From assembly GCA_003345555.1 (NCBI GenBank), contig PRDJ01000012.1:12280-44279 (forward strand): a DNA stretch of 32,000 bases, given 5' to 3'. Every line of letters starts with the position of its first letter. The stretch's first letter is position 1. The notes below the pieces were generated by a model. The model was given only the letters and a program-made list of their open reading frames with translations, was not told the DNA's origin and searched no databases. Below, piece by piece: positions 27,990-32,000 of the stretch. The stretch comes from Candidatus Thorarchaeota archaeon. GTDB taxonomy: Archaea; Asgardarchaeota; Thorarchaeia; Thorarchaeales; Thorarchaeaceae. The position numbers and the translations under genes were made by a program.

Positions 27990-30746
27990 CTAATCTTCTA
28001 CGCTTGTCCGTTTGGCTTTGATTGCGGCCTGAGCAGCTGCCAAACGAGCTATCGGAAGTCTGTAAGGTGAACAAGACACATACTGGACACCGATACTGTA
28101 GAAGAACTCGATTGACCGCGGATCTCCTCCGTGCTCTCCACAGACGCCAATCTTGAGATTTGGTCTTCTCGACCTGCCTCTTTCAATCGCGATCTTCATG
28201 AGATCCCCAATTCCACGCTTGTCAATGCTCTGGAAAGGATCGTTCACGAGAATGCCTTGCTTGAGGTAGTCCGGCAGGAAGCCCCCGATGTCATCTCTGG
28301 AGAATCCGAATCCCATCTGGCTCAGATCGTTTGTGCCGAATGAGAAGAACTCTGCAGTCTCGGCCATGTCATGTGCACGCATACATGCACGAGGAACTTC
28401 AATCATGGTGCCGTAGGCATAGTCCACCTTGAAGCCATGCTTCTTTGTTGCATCTTCGCTTGCCTTGTCAACGATGGACTTCATCACTCGTAGCTCTTGT
28501 GCTCCGCTTGTCACAGGTATCATGATTTCGATCTTTACCTTCTTGCCTTCCTTGATGAGCTCCGATGCCGCATCCAAGATGGCATGCATCTGTGCCTCTG
28601 GTATCTCCGGGTACGTGATGCACAGTCGTACGCCGCGATGCCCCATCATTGGGTTGTTCTCGTGGAGACTCTCGCCTCGTCTTCTGACCTCGTCAACGTC
28701 AACGTGCAGAGCGCTTGCGAGCTTCTCCAGACCAATCTTGCTCTGGGGAACGAACTCGTGTAGTGGTGGATCCAACAATCTGATCGTGACAGGACGACCA
28801 TTCATCACTTCAAGGGTGCCCTTGATGTTCTCCTTCATGTACGGTTCGAGCTCATCGAGCGCATGTCGTCTCTCTGCTTCGGTAGCACTCATGATCATCT
28901 TACGAAGGAGGAACAACGGTTCATCCGATCCTTCACCATAGAACATGTGCTCAGTACGGTATAGACCAATACCTTCTGCTCCGAAGTCGACCGCGTTCTT
29001 CGCATCCTTCGGAGTGTCTGCATTGGCTCTGACACCCATTGTTCTGTGCTTGTCGACGATTCTGAGGAATTCCAGCAGTCTGGGATTGTCTTTCGCACTA
29101 ATTGTAGGTAGCTGGCCAGCATAGACGAGACCCGTGGTGCCGTTCAGGCTGAGCCATGTCCCTTCGATGTACGTTCTCCCGCTTACAGACAGCGTCTTGT
29201 CGGTGGGACTAATCTGAAGCGTGCCTGCCCCAACTATGCAGCACTTGCCCCACCCACGTGTCACGAGTGCAGCGTGGCTTGTCATCCCACCGCGTGCAGT
29301 GAGAACACCTGCCGCAGCCCTCATTCCCTCTATATCCTCGGGGCTGGTCTCTTCTCTCACGAGAATCGCACTCTTTCCTTCCTTGGACCACTTGATTGCA
29401 TCAGCGGATGTGAACACGATTTGACCAACTGCGCCTCCAGGTCCTGCAGGCAGACCTTGGGCAATCGGTTTGGTCTTGGACTCGGCAGCGGGGTCAAGAA
29501 TGGGGTAGAGGAGTTGAGTAAGCTGTTCTGGCTTGAGCCTCAGCACAACCGTCTCTTCGTCAATGAGCCCTTCATTGAGCATATCCAGCGCGGTGTTCAA
29601 TGCGGCAGTTGCCGTTCGCTTCCCGACTCGGTACTGAACCATCCAGAGCTTTCCGGATTCGATTGTGAACTCGATATCGAGCATGTCATGCCTATCGTGC
29701 TCAAGAGTGCTGCGGATGTCACTCAGTTGTTGATATACCTTAGGCATCTCTTGCTGAAGTGATGGAAGAACCCTGTTCTGGTCTGTCTTGCTTTCTTCGT
29801 TCAACGGGTTGGGCGTTCTTAGTCCCGCTACGACATCTTCGCCCTGAGCGTTGAACAGCACTTCGCCATAGAAGATACCTGCACCTGTTGCAGGATCTCT
29901 AGTGAACGCAACGCCCGTCGCAGAATCGTCACCCATATTGCCGAAGACCATTGACTGAACTGTGCATGCTGTGCCCCAGTCATCAGGAATGTGCTCGATT
30001 CGGCGATAGGCAACTGCACGTTTGCCATACCAGCTCTTGAAGACTGCACCGATTGCACCCCAGAGCTGTTGGTCATAATCATCGGGGAACTCTTTCTTTA
30101 GAGCTGACTTCACTTCTGTCTTGAACTCGGCGCACAGCTCCTTCAAGTCAGTGACCGTGAGCTCTGTGTCCGACTTCGCACCACGCTTCTTCTTTCTAGC
30201 GTCCATGACCTGCTCCAGCCGGTCACGAATACCCTGGCCCTCCTCACGCTCGATGCCCTCTGCCTTTTCCATTACTACATCAGAGTACATCATGATAAGG
30301 CGGCGGTAGCTGTCATAAGCGAACCGCTCGTTTCTCGTTGTTTGAATAAGACCCTTGATTGTTTTGGAGGTGAGGCCGACATTGAGAACGGTATCCATCA
30401 TGCCGGGCATGCTCTGCCGTGCACCTGATCTGCAAGACACCAACAAGGGGTTCTTGGGATCCCCGAACTTCCGGCCCATTAGCTTCTCAGTTTCCTTCAG
30501 AGCGTCTCTTATCTCCTGCTTGAGATCCTCAGAGATGACCCCTCCCTGTTTGAAGTAGTCCATACACGCGGAGGTCGAAATCGTGAATCCCGGCGGCACG
30601 GGCAAACCGAGTTGCACCATCGAAGCCATGCTAGCTCCTTTTCCGCCGAGCTCATTGCGCATGCCTAAATTGCCATCTGCGTCGCCGCCGCCAAACCTGT
30701 AGACGCGTTTTGGCCTAGCGTCTGCCTTGGATAACGCTGTAGACAT
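27990..30746 (-). CDS. ppdK: Pyruvate, phosphate dikinase
   Basis: LGGKGA, LLVSCRSGA..SMPGMMDTVLN, phospho-His motif GGMTSHAA, GIGLYRTEHMF, FSFGTNDL and VCGEHGG. Likely start is ATG 30746. Confidence 0.97.
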   Translation of the reverse strand: MSTALSKADARPKRVYRFGGGDADGNLGMRNELGGKGASMASMVQLGLPVPPGFTISTSACMDYFKQGGVISEDLKQEIRDALKETEKLMGRKFGDPKNPLLVSCRSGARQSMPGMMDTVLNVGLTSKTIKGLIQTTRNERFAYDSYRRLIMMYSDVVMEKAEGIEREEGQGIRDRLEQVMDARKKKRGAKSDTELTVTDLKELCAEFKTEVKSALKKEFPDDYDQQLWGAIGAVFKSWYGKRAVAYRRIEHIPDDWGTACTVQSMVFGNMGDDSATGVAFTRDPATGAGIFYGEVLFNAQGEDVVAGLRTPNPLNEESKTDQNRVLPSLQQEMPKVYQQLSDIRSTLEHDRHDMLDIEFTIESGKLWMVQYRVGKRTATAALNTALDMLNEGLIDEETVVLRLKPEQLTQLLYPILDPAAESKTKPIAQGLPAGPGGAVGQIVFTSADAIKWSKEGKSAILVREETSPEDIEGMRAAAGVLTARGGMTSHAALVTRGWGKCCIVGAGTLQISPTDKTLSVSGRTYIEGTWLSLNGTTGLVYAGQLPTISAKDNPRLLEFLRIVDKHRTMGVRANADTPKDAKNAVDFGAEGIGLYRTEHMFYGEGSDEPLFLLRKMIMSATEAERRHALDELEPYMKENIKGTLEVMNGRPVTIRLLDPPLHEFVPQSKIGLEKLASALHVDVDEVRRRGESLHENNPMMGHRGVRLCITYPEIPEAQMHAILDAASELIKEGKKVKIEIMIPVTSGAQELRVMKSIVDKASEDATKKHGFKVDYAYGTMIEVPRACMRAHDMAETAEFFSFGTNDLSQMGFGFSRDDIGGFLPDYLKQGILVNDPFQSIDKRGIGDLMKIAIERGRSRRPNLKIGVCGEHGGDPRSIEFFYSIGVQYVSCSPYRLPIARLAAAQAAIKAKRTSVED

Positions 30747-31022
30747 TCTGAATGACCACCTCAGTCTAGAATCTCGCATTACATGCGAGACGACCAGCGG
30801 CGCTTCGACAAAGAAAGCCACCTCCTCGGTCGCTCTAGACTCTTGTTTTCACTTTGATTATCACCAAAGAGCCTTCGACACCGCTATTATACCTTCGGTC
30901 TGTACCTATTTGAGCCGCAATGCTTTTCAAATCAGGTCATGTGAGCATTCTCCACTTGGTCAACTGCAACTGTATACGAAACTGTGCGGGATTCAGCATG
31001 ACCAGTAAACGAGGAAGCACCT

Positions 31023-32000
31023 ATGATCGACCTGACTAAGAACGACGCCCAGCTGAAGCGGAACATTCAGCGCTGTAAGGAACGGAGAATAGTCATACCG
31101 ACATTCGGTCAGCTCAAGGACCCGAAGACAATCCCTGAGAAGGTCAAGTTCCGGCTCAAGAACATAGGTCTGTGGGATGTCGCCCCTGAGAATCTCTTTA
31201 GGATATCATGGAAGAACGAACCATTTGAGAAGGGGGGACTGTTCACAACCCTTCCTAACTACCTTGAACTACCACCTGAACTTACCGGGGTCGAAGCAAG
31301 AATCATTGCATTGATTGGCAAGTGGTTCCCAACGGGGTCGCACAAGGTTGGTGCCACTTTCGGCTGTCTCGTTCCTCGTCTCGTTACAGGCCAGTTCGAT
31401 CCTACTAAGCACAAGGCGGTCTGGCCAAGTACCGGCAACTTCTGCCGAGGAGGCGCTTACAATGCCACGCTTCTTGGGTGTGACAGCATTGCCATTCTGC
31501 CGCAGGGAATGTCAAAGGAAAGGTTCGACTGGCTCAAGACTGTCGCAGGTGAGATAATCACCACACCGGGCAGTGAAAGCAATGTCAAGGAAATCTACGA
31601 CAAGGTCTGGGAGCTGAAGAGAACTCGAACCGATGTGTTCGTCTTCAACCAATTTGCAGAGTTCGGCAACTACCTGTTCCACTATGATGTCACTGGTCAC
31701 GCAATGGAGGAGTTGATCAAGAAGGAGTCGGGGAACAGTCGATACAGAGGAGTGTGTCTGACCACCGGCTCTGCGGGCACAATCGCGTGTGGGGATTACC
31801 TGAAACAGGCATATCCCACTTCGAAGATTGCAGCTGGTGAGGCAGTTCAGTGTCCGACTCTCTGGCTGAATGGATACGGGGCCCATCGCATTGAGGGCAT
31901 CGGTGACAAGCACGTTCCTTGGATACACAACACCCGCAACACGGACCTGATCATCGCGATAGACGATAATGACACACTGAACCTCATCAGGCTCTTCAAC
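31023..32000 (+). CDS. Fold-type II PLP-dependent enzyme (cysteine/threonine synthase beta-family-like), partial
   Basis: Not in the ORF track because it runs off the end. Translation from ATG 31023 gives MIDLTKND..., PTGSHKVGA (PLP Lys), WPSTGN, TGSAGT and HRIEGIGDKHVPW. Confidence 0.88.
   Translation, partial: MIDLTKNDAQLKRNIQRCKERRIVIPTFGQLKDPKTIPEKVKFRLKNIGLWDVAPENLFRISWKNEPFEKGGLFTTLPNYLELPPELTGVEARIIALIGKWFPTGSHKVGATFGCLVPRLVTGQFDPTKHKAVWPSTGNFCRGGAYNATLLGCDSIAILPQGMSKERFDWLKTVAGEIITTPGSESNVKEIYDKVWELKRTRTDVFVFNQFAEFGNYLFHYDVTGHAMEELIKKESGNSRYRGVCLTTGSAGTIACGDYLKQAYPTSKIAAGEAVQCPTLWLNGYGAHRIEGIGDKHVPWIHNTRNTDLIIAIDDNDTLNLIRLFN

Noticed and set aside
1-32000. CRISPR arrays, rRNA/tRNA genes, IS elements, integrases
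   Set aside because: By eye I found no regularly spaced repeats, RNA-gene signatures or transposase/recombinase motifs.

Overview
This is a gene-dense, roughly 50% GC prokaryotic window that looks archaeal. The signs are a TTATATA box, GGAGG/GAGGT ribosome-binding sites with frequent GTG/TTG starts, and a membrane-anchored solute-binding protein with no lipobox and many N-X-S/T sequons. An Asgard (Thorarchaeota-like) origin is my inference only. In order it contains: a partial MacB/FtsX-type ABC permease; a membrane protein; a bacterial-type thrS; a five-gene Dpp/Opp peptide ABC operon with a long RNA hairpin after the binding-protein gene; a Zn-ribbon locus; two tandem DUF4139/DUF4140 (TIGR02231-like) paralogues; a small membrane protein; an M20 peptidase; a 50-aa Cys/His protein absent from the ORF track; an MFS transporter; an APC permease coupled to a coiled-coil membrane protein; class I GAPDH; a divergent citrate-synthase-family protein; an MFS/Ntn-hydrolase/DHDPS-family operon; an orphan degenerate ABC ATPase; PPDK; and a partial fold-type II PLP enzyme. 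I saw no rRNA, tRNA, CRISPR array or transposase. The best leads are the 6131-6237 RNA structure, the Zn-ribbon frame broken only by two TGA codons, the degenerate ATPase and the DUF4139 pair. None is established as a new system from sequence alone.
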